DNA from: Azolla caroliniana | Lineage: Eukaryota; Plantae; Polypodiophyta | Direction of reading: 5' to 3' | Assembly: GCA_043228905.1 (NCBI GenBank) | Contig: JBHGNT010000009.1 | Span: forward strand, 4,278,001 to 4,342,000 | Length of the DNA stretch: 64,000 nucleotides | Part shown: positions 26,466-37,852 of the stretch, piece after piece | Layout: each line of letters opens with the position of its first letter | Position numbering within the stretch: the stretch's first letter is position 1 | Made by a program: the position numbers and the translations under genes | The notes under the pieces: model-generated | Seen by the model: the letters and a program-made list of their open reading frames with translations, nothing else | Database searches by the model: none | What the model was told of the DNA's origin: nothing

Positions 26466-26743
26466 GAGGTCGTTGCCTCTGTTGTAACCGCCGCTTGTGG
26501 CGAAGATCGTGAGCGCAAGGTCGTTGCCTCCGTGAGCTCACTATTGTAACCATTGTGATATAGTGATAGTTTGGAGTCTGTGGACTCCCGTGGTTTTTCC
26601 CCCTCTCAGGGTTTTCCACGTTAAACATCCTGTGTACTCTTCTCTCCTTTGTGTCGTGCGTTTCCTTCCCCCTTTTTTTTTGTGTATGATTCTAAGCTTG
26701 GTTGTGGCGAGCGTTGCGCATAGGGAGCGTGTAGTTCCTGTCA
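26099..26743 (+). mobile_element. Copia solo LTR, 5-bp TSD CTTTA, inside the transposase 5' exon
   Basis: CTTTA|TGTTAGG...CCTGTCA|CTTTA; similar to 1-435. Confidence 0.85.
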
Positions 26744-27246
26744 CTTTATGGAATATTAAATAATTCATCGATAAAGGAGTTAGTTGATTGTGATGGTCTT
26801 AATGCAAACATAACATCTATACTAGTAAATAATCTCCGTAATAGTTTCGTATCCATGAGCAGGTTAGAAGATGATCTTGTCTTAAAAAGGTCTAGTCTAA
26901 TGATGTTACTTAATAGTGATGTTGACGATATTAACATCAGCGTGCTATCTAAGGTAATTGGTGTTAGTAGAAAAAGTGTGTACAATACATTGAACCGAAT
27001 AGTTTCCTCGGGTGAAGGAACTAGTCTGCTAAAGCTAACAACAAGATGTAAGCCAATGACAACCATAACATCAGAAATCAAGGATATAATCACAATATTT
27101 TGGACTAATGAGAGTAGGGTTTCACCCAATACGAAGGATTTATGCAGGAAACGTGTTGGAAGGAGTCAATACAAGTAGTATCCCATTCATCTTCTTGATG
27201 TACCTCAGGTATTTACATTTATCTCAACATTTGTTTTGACTTTTGA

Positions 27247-28475
27247 GCTTAGTTAGTTAGCTTATTAGCTACCTCTAAATATGATCATACCCGAATAGCT
27301 AATTACCTACCTCAGAATATGCCCATAGCTAACTAGCTACCAAAATAGCTAATTAGCTCCCTAAGTATATCGAACATAGCTATTTAGCTACCAGAATAAC
27401 TAATTAGCTACCATTCATAGTTATTTAGCTACCACAATACCTAATTAGCTGCCTATAACAATAGCTAATTAGCTACCAAAATTGGCTAAAGTATGGTAGT
27501 AGCTAATTAGCTACCACTTAGCTAATTAGCTACTCAACTGAAGTATGGTAGTAGCTAATTAGCTACCAATTAGCTAATTAGCGACTCAGCTAAGGTATAG
27601 TAGTAGCTAATTAGCCACTATAACTAAAGTATGGTAGTAGATAATTAGCTACCACTTAGCTAATTAGCTACTCAGCTGAAGTATGGTAGTAGCTAATTAG
27701 CTACCAGTTAGCTAATTAGCGACTCAAGTAAAGTATAGTAGTAGCTAATTAGCCACTATAACTAAAGTATGGTGGTAGCTAATTAGCTACCACTTAGTTA
27801 ATTAGCTACTCAGATGAAGTATGGTAGTAGCTAATTAGCTACCAGTTAGCTAATTAGCTACTATACTAAACTATGGTAGTAACTAATTAGCTACCACTTC
27901 GCTAATTAGCTATTGTACTAAACTATGGTAGTAGCTAATTAGCTACCACTTAGTTAATTAGCTACTACCATAGTTTAGTACAGTAGCTAGTTAGCTACCA
28001 CTTAGCTAAGTAGCTACTGTACTAAACTATTTAGCTACCACATAGTTAATTAGCTACTCAACTAAAGTATGGTAGTAGCTAATTAGCTACTACTTAGCTA
28101 ATTAGCTACTGTACTAAACTATGGTAGTAGCTAATTACCACTGTACTAAACTATGGTAGTAGCTAATTAGCTACTCAACTAAAGTATGGTAGTAGCTAAT
28201 TACCACTTAGCTAATGTATTAAACTATGGTAGTAGCTAATTAGCTACCACTTAGCTAATTAGCTAGTCAACTTAAGTTTGATAGTAGCTAATTAGCTACC
28301 ACTTAGCTAATTAGCTACTCAACTAAGGTTTGATAATAGCTAATTAGCTACTAGTTAGCTAATTAGCTATTGTACTAAACTATGGTAGTAGCTAATTAGC
28401 TACCACTTAGCTAATTAGTTGTTGTACTAAACTATGGTAGTAGCTAATTAGCTACTACTTAGCCATAGAGCTAAT
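27247..28475. repeat. Palindromic satellite array 1 (TAGCTAATTAGCTA core, ~50-bp higher-order unit) in the transposase intron
   Basis: Dozens of TAGCTAATTAGCTA copies separated by CCACT or CTAAA(G/C)TATGGTAG spacers. Confidence 0.95.
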
Positions 28476-30706
28476 CAATATGTCCATTTTATTACGCAGG
28501 TCGATTTATTTATTAGGTTCAGGCGAATGCATCCAAATATCAAAGTTCAACTACGAACATTCGAGTCTCTCAAGCCATACTTTGTGAGACGCTTGAAGGA
28601 TCGATACACATGTTGTTGCATTTACCATGTACAAATGGGTTTTCTCAAGGACTCTATTAATCTACTATGTCACCATAGCACCTCCCTAACAAATGCAGTT
28701 TGCACTTGTGTGTGCCCAATTTGTCGATCGAGCCCGCATGAGCACTGTAAATCATCTAAGCATGTTATCTCTTCCATGAGTTGTCTTTTAGATTCAGTAT
28801 TCTGTCCGACAGAAACTGAGGCCATCTTCCACAGTCATAAATGTGTCATGGGTTTATGTCAAGATTGTGGCCCTAGTAGATTTAGGTGGTGTCCAAATGA
28901 ATTTAGTGAAATACTAATCTCTATCAAGTTATTTGAGTCAGTTGACACCAATTTCGAAGGTGTGTAAAAGAAAGGATCTAGTTAGGAAGTCGCTTAAACC
29001 AAGGGATTTGGCATCTCTATTTGTAGTATCTCTAGGAAAGTTCATTAAACACAACTTCATTTATTCATGGCAAGCCCATCAGTTTAAGACTTGCATATCT
29101 GATTTTCCAAATGATGTAGTAGTCTCAGTAGTAGATTTCGCAAAGAATTATACTTTCAAGCAGTAGAATGAAATTCAATCTATGCATTGGTGTTCAGCGC
29201 AGGTAACCATTTTTGTGCACATAACATATTTTCAAGTTTTAGGTGATGTTAAAAAAGTAATTCATTCTTTTATTTCTGATGATAAGAAGCATGACACCTT
29301 GTTCGTCCAACATTGTTTTAACTTACATTGGCAATGGTTATTAGCTAAACGTTTCGAGGTTACTCAACATTGGGTCTGGTCTGATGGAGCTGCGTCACAA
29401 TTCAAGGCTAGACGTCCATTTTATTTTGTGGGGAGGTATCCTGCTATAACAAGTTTGGAGATGAGATGGAATTTTTTTGGGTTTGGCCATGGTAAAGGTG
29501 AACATGATGGTGTAGGTGTTGTTATAAAGCGGACACTTACCCATGAACAACTAAAGGCAAATGGTGTGCAGATGAATTGTGCAACACATGTAGTTGAATT
29601 TTTAAGAGCTAATATGTCAACGAGTGCAACTGGTGTTTATTCCTCACATGTCCGAGATATCAAACGTGAATTTTGGGAAGTGAAGATAGATTAAGTAAAT
29701 AGGGAGAAGACCTGGGCGTGCCAAAGAATTCCCGAATTGCGATCTCTCCATGTTGTTCGCAATTATTCTAGGTTGGATGGTCATTGTATTGCGGTTAGAG
29801 AATTAACTTGTTTTTGCTTCCATTGTGTGCAGGGAAATTGGAGGTATTGTTTAAACAAAGCATATATTCAAAATTGGGAGTATCATACATTGAACGATAA
29901 GGAAGCAGTTGATGGGGAAACAGAAAAGAATGATGACTTCACATATCAAGGATGTGGAGATACTCTGAGTGATGTCTTAAATGTTGGGGATAATTGTGTT
30001 GTAAATGCAAAAGAAGGCAATTCAGAGGGTGCTAATTTCTATATATTGATGTGCATGGTTAGTAAACAATGTGCAACACAGAATATATTAGATGCTTGGG
30101 GAAATGTTGTATCTACCGGGACATTCTACATTGAAGGTATTTTTTATGCAAGACTAGATGATTACGATTATGTGTATAGGCTATTAGAAGACAAACCAGT
30201 GGCGTACATGTACTCTCATTTGGTCAGGTGCATCAATGTCCCAATGTCGCAATACAATAGTTGCTCAGGTTTATACATAGTGCTAATGTGTATGAAAGTA
30301 TTTACAACAGTATGCCATGGAATTTGTAGCTACAAGTAGCAATTACCAGTTTTCTTGTAAAACAAACAAAGCACATGTATTGCAAATAAACAGTTTAATG
30401 AACCTTTTTATTCATATACAGTCTACTTTTTGTGCTTCTTTCTCAACAAAATCGTGTGTCATTTTTATATACAGTCTTCTTTCTGATATACAGTTTAATA
30501 ATATCGTTTAGGGTTCATCTTTCTGAGATACAGATTTACTCAAGCGAACCATGTACAAGTTAAAATAGTTTGCATAATTTTAAGAAAAAGCACTATCATG
30601 AAATCAGCAATCAGCAATAGTTACTCAAAACAAACAATTTAATTCTTCATTGATTAAGTGGTAGCAAATTACATATTTATAACATCCCATTGCCAATGTC
30701 TTCAAA

Positions 30707-31630
30707 TCATCTATAAACAGCTAAGCTCTTGTTGGTCGGTGGAACTTCTCTACATATATGATCTACATACCGAGCACAGTATGGAGTCCACAACCATGTA
30801 GCTAGTTGGCAGCTCAATGTTTTCACCAAATAGTGTTCAGGCATTTCATCGGGTAGAATGAGACAGCATCTACGAATGTTGAAGTAATGTCGGAAATGTT
30901 CTGTATCCAGAATCAACGTATTGTCGGCACTATAATCTGGCCAAGTGTCCCAAAAATCAGAAAGTCTTTTAAATCTTGCAACATCATTTTGCTCACAATT
31001 CTCTCGTGTCCACTGACCCTTGAAATGTTGTCGCCACTTCGGGAAGAATCTAGCTACACACTTCCACACATTTGTACGTGGTTTTTCGCTCCAAATAAAC
31101 AAATCAAAATATTGCACAACCCACTCTAGAAATTGATTTGCGTCCCTCCTTGGTGTCATATATCGCACACTCATCAAGACTTTATCAAGCTCCAAGATCA
31201 AGGCTCTTCTTTCGACTTCTAATGGTTTAGGTTTCCATTCCTATAATTGAGCCTCTATTACACCAATTACTGGTACCACACAATCAAGGTCAATCAACTT
31301 AGGTTTTGTCGGCACAATTGGTGTCCTTTTCCTCTTGTAACCCCTGGTCGACTGTATTGGGCCTAGCTTCACATTCTGGTGCTCTTGTGTTGTCGACTTA
31401 GTCATTGGTTCAATGCATGTAGATACTGATCTGGTCGATATCAACCCACTGGTATCACATGTTGCATCTACCTGCAAAATCAGATCATTTGTGCAACATG
31501 CTTGATTTACTTGCGTGACCAAATCATTTGTGTCAGTTGCTACATCTACTTTCAAGATGTGGCCCTCTAAACACACAGTAACATCAACAATTTCCACACT
31601 GTCATCGGCCTTAGGAGCAATAGATTGACT
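30707..31630 (-). pseudogene. Transposon accessory gene segment with basic NLS-like patch and FCP1/NIF (HAD-type CTD phosphatase)-like domain
   Basis: ORFs 31241-31639 and 30707-31201 are in the same frame across one TAG; LILELDKVL...RRDANQFLEWVVQYFDLFIWS...FKRLSDFW...NTLILD follows the NIF domain motif order; TTGCAG acceptor at 31631. Confidence 0.62.
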
Positions 31631-31898
31631 CTGCAACATCAGAAAACACCAACATATTCACACTCACAAAGTAACTTACAGTCTCACAAAAACAACATAA
31701 TGAACATGAAATATTTTCCATCATAGAAACATGAACATAATTATCTTGGAGAAACATCATAGAGTTCCATTACATAATGTGTATCAAGCAACAACCAATC
31801 TGAGGTTTTACTTGTCCAAATAGATCATAGTAAAACTTCATAAAACCCTAGGAAAATCACTAATAATCATATCCCACTAATAAGTATTTCACTCCAAT

Positions 31899-34810
31899 TC
31901 AAGAGCCCCTTGACCAAGTAACTGGTCTTGTCCTCAATCGTGGCCCCTTCTTCAGCCTTTTTCTAGCCGGTTGCCCATTTAGCCTTGCTTCTTTGACCCA
32001 TTGCGCAAGTGTGTCCTCCTCCGACAACCTTTCCATCACCTCAACAGCGGCTTGCAGGTCAGTCGCATCTTGCACTAGCTTTTCCAGTATAGTGGGATCT
32101 GTTTGGACATTATCAGTAGTTGGGCTCAATGGGGTGGAATCAAGATTTTGGGATTCGAAGAAATGTTGCATCAAGTGTTCAAAAACACTATTGTTGTGAA
32201 CCTCAGATTTATATGTTGTTTCCAATAGTTCATGGCTTTTCACATCGTTGCCTAACTCATTATCATCTTCCAAAAGAATAGGGTGGAGTTGATCTGAAGG
32301 AGATGTGATAGTAGGACTCTTACTTTCAGCCACGTTGGCAACTATCTCCTCATCGGTTGCAGCGTCATCAGCACCAGACAGGTCATGCACCCTCCTTAAT
32401 CCACAAGATTCTACAACAACATGTTCGCTAATTAGCTACATCTTAGTTAACTAGCTATTCTTCAAGACTATGATAGTAGCTAATTAGCTACCACTGAGCT
32501 AATTAACGACTTCGCTTAGGTATGGTACTAGCCAATTAGCTACTCAACTAAAGTATGGTACTTGCTAGTTAGCCACTATAACTAAAGTATGGTAGTAGCT
32601 AATTAGCTACTACTTAGCTAATTAGCTACTGTACTAAACTATGGTAGTAGCTAATTAGCTACCATTTAGCTAATTAGCCACTATAACTAAAGTATGGTAG
32701 TAGCTAATTAGCTCCCACTTAGCTAATTAGCTATTGTACTAAACTATGGTAGTACCTAATTAGCTAAGTGATAGCTAATTAGCTACTATACTAAACTATG
32801 GTAGTAGCTAAATAGCTACCACTTACATAATTAGGTACTCTGCTAAAGTATGGTAGTAGTTAATTATCTAACTGGTAGCTAATTAGCTACTGTACTAAAC
32901 TATGGTAGTAGCTAATTATCTACCACTTAGCTAATTAGCTATTGTATAAAACTATGGTAGTAGCTAATTAGCTACCATTTAGCTAATTAGCTATTGTATT
33001 AAACTACGGTAGTAGCTAATTAGCTAAGTGATAGCTAATTAGATATTGCACTAAACTATAGTAGTAGCTAATTAGCTACCACTTAGCTAATTAGCTATTG
33101 TACTAAACTATGGTAGTAGGTAATTAGCTACCACTTAGCTAATTAGCTAGTGTACTAAACTATCATAGTAGCTAATTAGCTTCCACTTAGGTAATTAGCT
33201 ACCACTTAGCTAATTAGCTACTCAGTTGAAGTATGGAAGTATCTAATTAGCTACTGTAGTAAACTATGATAGCAGCTAATTAGCTAAGTGGTAGCTAATT
33301 AGCTACTCAGCTAAAGTATGGTAGTAGCTAATTAGCCACCACTTAGCTAATTAACTACATGTTTGGTAATTAGCTACTAAACTACAACCATAATAGCTAA
33401 ATAGTTTCCACACTTTATACAACTTACCTAATTAGCAAAGATGGAACTAATTAGCTACACTATGGTCACAAGCAGCAATTTTACCTGTGTGTTTTCTCCA
33501 CTCATCTAGGAGAGTTGTACTACAATCCCCCAAAAAGAATGCAGCAATGCAATAGGCATATTGAAAACAAACGATATGGTATGTGTGTTGGCATGGTTGT
33601 AGGTGAATCAATAGAGTAGCAGATTTGTCCTCTACACGTAATCCACAAGCGATGCAACGTGCTTGAACAGTCAATATATCGTTTCCTGGTTCTCCTTCAT
33701 TTTGTAAGGGAGCAAGAATCTTCAGGTCCAATTCTTGTCTGCTCCTTACCATCCCCTCCGCAAAATGTAGCCCCTTCTTAAGGCAGCCAACTACCTATTC
33801 TTGACGGGAGTATTGTTCCTTCAACGCAACCGAGAAATTTACCGATTAATTATTCCTTAATGAGGAAGATACAACAACAAGAAACAAGAATCATTAACTT
33901 ACTTGTAGCTTTTCCAAATTGTAATCAAAGACAGTATTTACACCTAGAAGGTCCAGGTTCCTTGAAAGAACCTGGATCGTTGTCTGCAATTGAATTTTCC
34001 GTTGGGGATCCAGCGACCCCTCAATTTCAAGTTCATGTTGAGCAACCTGTTCCAAATAATGCCTCAATAGCACATTTTCATGTACAAGTTATTTATAACA
34101 TATTACATACTAGCAAAACAATAGGTACTTGAATCTTATTTCTGATTGTTGTAACTGCCAAAGTGACTTTGCTCTCCATCACAACAGCCAATGTTGCTTT
34201 CTCTAAATCAGTCTTAAAAAACTCCAATGTCTCACAGGCTTCATGGACATTTTTTAGCATATAGCTAATCAATGTCTCACCTGTATCATCGACATTGGCT
34301 TTCATTGTGTGTCGGTGTGGCGTATACTTGTGGGTTTGTTGAGAGTCGGCAGTTGCATCATCAACTGCCATGCTCCAAAATCTTGCCATTTTTTGTTGCA
34401 AGCTCCCCATCTTCCAACATCTTTCTACAGATGCCTCACCATAAATTGCCCAAGCTACCTTGTACATTTCAGGGTCACGAGATTCCTTCGTTGTTTTGCA
34501 ATACTCGTATGCAAAAGCTCTGGCAAATGAAACGGACAACTCGTTGTTGACCAGGATCTCTTGATGTACTTTCTGGTGCAGTCTCATGCAGTCGTCGTAC
34601 AGGTCTGATCATACATGCTTGAGCTTGACCTTGCCTTTCACTCTAGGCACTTTATATACTGACATCCAGTCTACATCACTAATCAATCTATCAGTTAGAA
34701 CAGCATGGTCAATACCCTCGAGCGACAGACCATATATGTTGTGAAAGTCCTCCTTTGTCTCGCAAAATTTTGCGAAGTTCGGCACTCTAGGATAGGGAGG
34801 AACGAGCCAC
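31899..34810 (-). pseudogene. Transposon accessory gene with RING-H2-like finger (exons ~34810-34100, ~33800-33485, 32410-31899)
   Basis: CIACG-x16-CQHTYHIVC; intron 33484-32411 is GT...AG and joins the RING ORF in frame (phase 1) to the acidic ORF at 32390; upstream exon structure uncertain. Confidence 0.6.
32428..33458. repeat. Palindromic satellite array 2 (same unit as array 1) in the accessory-gene intron
   Basis: Same TAGCTAATTAGCTA core and spacers. Confidence 0.95.
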
Positions 34811-35747
34811 CTGAAATAGAAAATCAGTAATCAGAATTGGTGCAAAAACAAAAATTTTAATGGGAATTTGGTGCAATATTACAATACTTTGAGACAGTAA
34901 TCTGAAATTTGTAATCTGTCCTTTTCAACATGTATCAAAAATCAACCACTTAAAAAATCAGAAACCCTAATCAGAATTTGTCATGAGAATTGGTGCAAAA
35001 TTACAACAGATTGCAACAATAATTAGAAATTTGTAATTAAAATTTTGTAACTAAAAATTTGTAACTAGAAACTTGCAATCTGAAATTTGTAATCAGAAAC
35101 CCTAAACCACTTAAGGGAAACACAAACCCTAATCATCACTAAAGGTAGAAATCAACCGTACTACTAAATTCTGTCAATCAGAAACACACTTGCTGCTACA
35201 CCCCGATCTTCGAGACATCCTTGTTTGGGACTCCAACGACTTCGCCCTATTCGATTTTTGGGAAAGATGAACAGGCACCAAAGTTACAGATAGTTATCAA
35301 AAAGGAAAAAAAAAGTTTTTTTAATATGTAACTAATACATACCTAGATGAGGATCAACTTGTTCGTGTGTTGTAGCTCTAAAGGTGCAATGTCGATCTCA
35401 GAGTTTTTGTGCTGTTGCGGGGGGTTCGTCTACAATCATGCTTAGAGTACTCCATCTGTTTGGAGTTCGAACTCAAACTCAAACTTATCAAGAATTTGAT
35501 GACATTCAAGTCGACCTTAGATGATGGCACTATTCCCCATGTTCCACTACGTCAAAAACCAAAGTTCAAATATTTGAGTATTCTCATCAATTAAATGACA
35601 TGTATTTAACTAATAAAACATAAAATTTCGTAAACCATCCTTATGATTTTCCCACAAAAAAACTAGCTAAACAAATAGCTAATTAGTTGTGGCCATTTTA
35701 GTAGCTAATTAGCTATAATAGTGTTTCCACTTGCATGCTTTTTACCT

Positions 35748-36116
35748 CTCTCTCTCTCTCTCTCTCTCACGCACACACACACACCCTCTCTCTTTTGCTA
35801 TCGCTCTCACTCTATCTCCTATCCACGAGTCTCGACAGTTTGAACTGAATGAGTTGAAATGAATGTATGGACACTTATTTATAGATCCTTATGGAGTTTT
35901 CTAGAATGTTCTAGAATATTTAGATTTTTATGATAAGAAATATAATCATGAAAAATTAAAGGATGTTCTAGAATATTCTAATATCTCGTAATAACTAAAA
36001 ATATAATTATTATAATCACACAACATATATGTTATTACAATGGTTAAGGGTTCAACACATAGACCAAGAAGTCGTGGATTCGATTCTTGATAAGCCAAAA
36101 TGTTGTCTTCATGACA
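35748..36116. mobile_element. Rearranged Tcn1-type LTR pieces: U5 end (+) to 35837 joined to R/U3 (-) 35838-36116; matching R piece at 23048-23131
   Basis: TTCTAGAATGTTCTAGA and ...CATGACA end as in the other Tcn1 LTRs; 25-bp inverted match between 23048-23072 and 35848-35872. Confidence 0.6.
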
Positions 36117-37444
36117 TTTGCATCCCTTGATCGACAATTTGTTCGACTAACACGAGATTCTTTGTGATTTTCCGAACATGCAGGATGTTCATCAGCTTTC
36201 CCTTCTACCCGACATGGCTGAGAGGGACCTCACCAATGTGCTTGATGGTATGAGGAGTGTCGTCTCCGATTTCGACAACTCCCCATTGCTCCGGTTTTTC
36301 CAGGAATGAAAACCACTCTCTATGGCTCGTCATGTGGTTCAACGCGCTAGAATCAACATACCACACTTCCATCGAACTAGAAGTGGTCTTCTTCATTGAA
36401 TTAGCCTTATGTTTCATCACAAAGGCTACGTCTGTTCCATTCCCGGAATCGGGTTTTTCCAATTCCTCCGCATAGTGCGAGCTTTGCTGGCTTCCTCGAT
36501 TAGCCTTGCCGGATCCAGATTTCTCCGAATCGGCACACTTCTTCCAGCACTCGCTCTCTTTGTGGCCCTTTCGGCCATAGTACCAACAATCCGTTGTGGT
36601 CTTCTCTCACCAGCTCCCGACACCGCCTTGACTCCCCCTACTTGTGGAGGGTTCGGAATTGTTGTCGGCACCATCCTTGTGCCTTTGGTTCTGCTCTTGT
36701 CGGCCACTTCCACCACGTGCCGATCCGCCTCGTCTGCCACGACCACAGGGCCTCTCTGCCTCCGTGTACAACATCTTGTTGTCGGTTTGCGTACTCATTG
36801 ACGCACCCGCATGGTTCTCCTCAACTAGGAGTATTCTCCCTTGTACAGGATGCCATCCGGAATGCTCTGAACTTCGACGCCAGGCCCCCGAGAAAGACTT
36901 GCACCATCTCAACTTCCTCAACGGTCACATTATTAGAGGCAAGTGAGTCGCAGACGTCTTTGATTTGGGCCGTGTAGTCTACCACCGACATATCCCTTTG
37001 TCGGACATTGCTCAACTCTTGTCGGAGTTGCAGCTTCCGGGTCGTGGTGCTTGCAACGAAAACCTTTGTCAAGTTTCCCCAAGCTTCCTTCGGCGTCTTG
37101 GCATCCCGGATATGGCTTAGCAACCGATCTCCGACACTAGAGGCAAAGCAGTACATAACACTACTTGTCTCTTGTTCCTAAGTTGGGAAGTCCCTGTGTG
37201 CCGCATGAGGTGTTGTATCGTTGGCTCCGTCAACATAACTCCAGTAAACCATGCCCAAGCAGGTACTAGTGCATCTTGTATGACCAAGATGCGTAGTTGG
37301 ATCTGTCGAGCTTCTCCGTGGGAGCGAGGTAACCATTCCTCGGTCCATATCCTTCTTCTGCCTGTTCTTTACCAGGTGTTAGGGTTTGTTTTCAGAAAAC
37401 ATTTGTCGACTGCAGAGGTTCTCAACCCTCGCGCTCTGATACCA
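36117..37444 (-). pseudogene. Ty1/Copia gag-protease with tRNA-iMet PBS (37432-37444)
   Basis: KTPKEAWGNL...RKLQLRQEL gag; WYVDSSALNHMT protease; PBS TGGTATCAGAGCG abuts an LTR starting at 37445. Confidence 0.88.
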
Positions 37445-37850
37445 TGTAAAAGAAAAACCGGCTCATCCGGATAGCTAAAGAATACAGACACAGGTTTAAT
37501 GGAAACCTTCCACGGGAGAGGTAGAGATAGAGCATAACAACATAAACTAAATTCAAAAAATAACACTTTGTACATACAATGTGCTCAACAACACTATTCA
37601 CACAAGCCCTTGAGGGACTGATTGAAGTATTGACAAGTACTTCAATGCTTGTATTGAGCCCCTGACACTAACTACAAGAACATTAACTACCTAGTAGTCT
37701 AGAAGTGTAGGCCTCTAACGGCCTATTGGTTCACACGCGAGTTCGGCTCTCCGATCCTCAATCTGGCTCTAGGTTCTGGATGTTATCCGAACACTGATCC
37801 GGATACGATACGGCTCTGGCTTATTCAGCCGATCCGGATCGGGTTGAGCT
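37445..37850 (-). mobile_element. Copia 5' LTR (far end uncertain or truncated)
   Basis: TGTA terminus next to the PBS. Confidence 0.55.
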
Positions 37851-37852
37851 TG

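Larger units (their letters stand above)
25813..30339 (+). pseudogene. Sola-like DDD transposase (exons ~25813-27208 and 28500-~30339; disrupted)
   Basis: Motifs LKPYFV...TCCCIYH, VVDFAKNY...EIQSMHW...QVT, WSDGAASQFK, WNFFGFGHGKGEHDGVG and C-terminal CFCFHC; in-frame phase-0 intron 27209-28499; stops at 27176, 29164 and 29692; frameshift near 28960; LTR insertion at 26099; start position tentative. Confidence 0.8.
23132..35747 (+). mobile_element. Large TIR DNA transposon, Sola-like (probably Sola2), ~12.6 kb including two nested solo LTRs
   Basis: Imperfect 25-bp TIRs GGGTGAAAGCATGCGAGTGGAAACA (23132) and TGTTTCCACTTGCATGCTTTTTACC (35722); CTCT on both flanks (within a CT tract, so the TSD is ambiguous); internal DDD transposase. 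Confidence 0.75.

Noticed and set aside
27247-33458. CRISPR-like appearance of the palindromic arrays
   Set aside because: Spacers are short and themselves repeated, there are no cas genes, and the context is eukaryotic introns.
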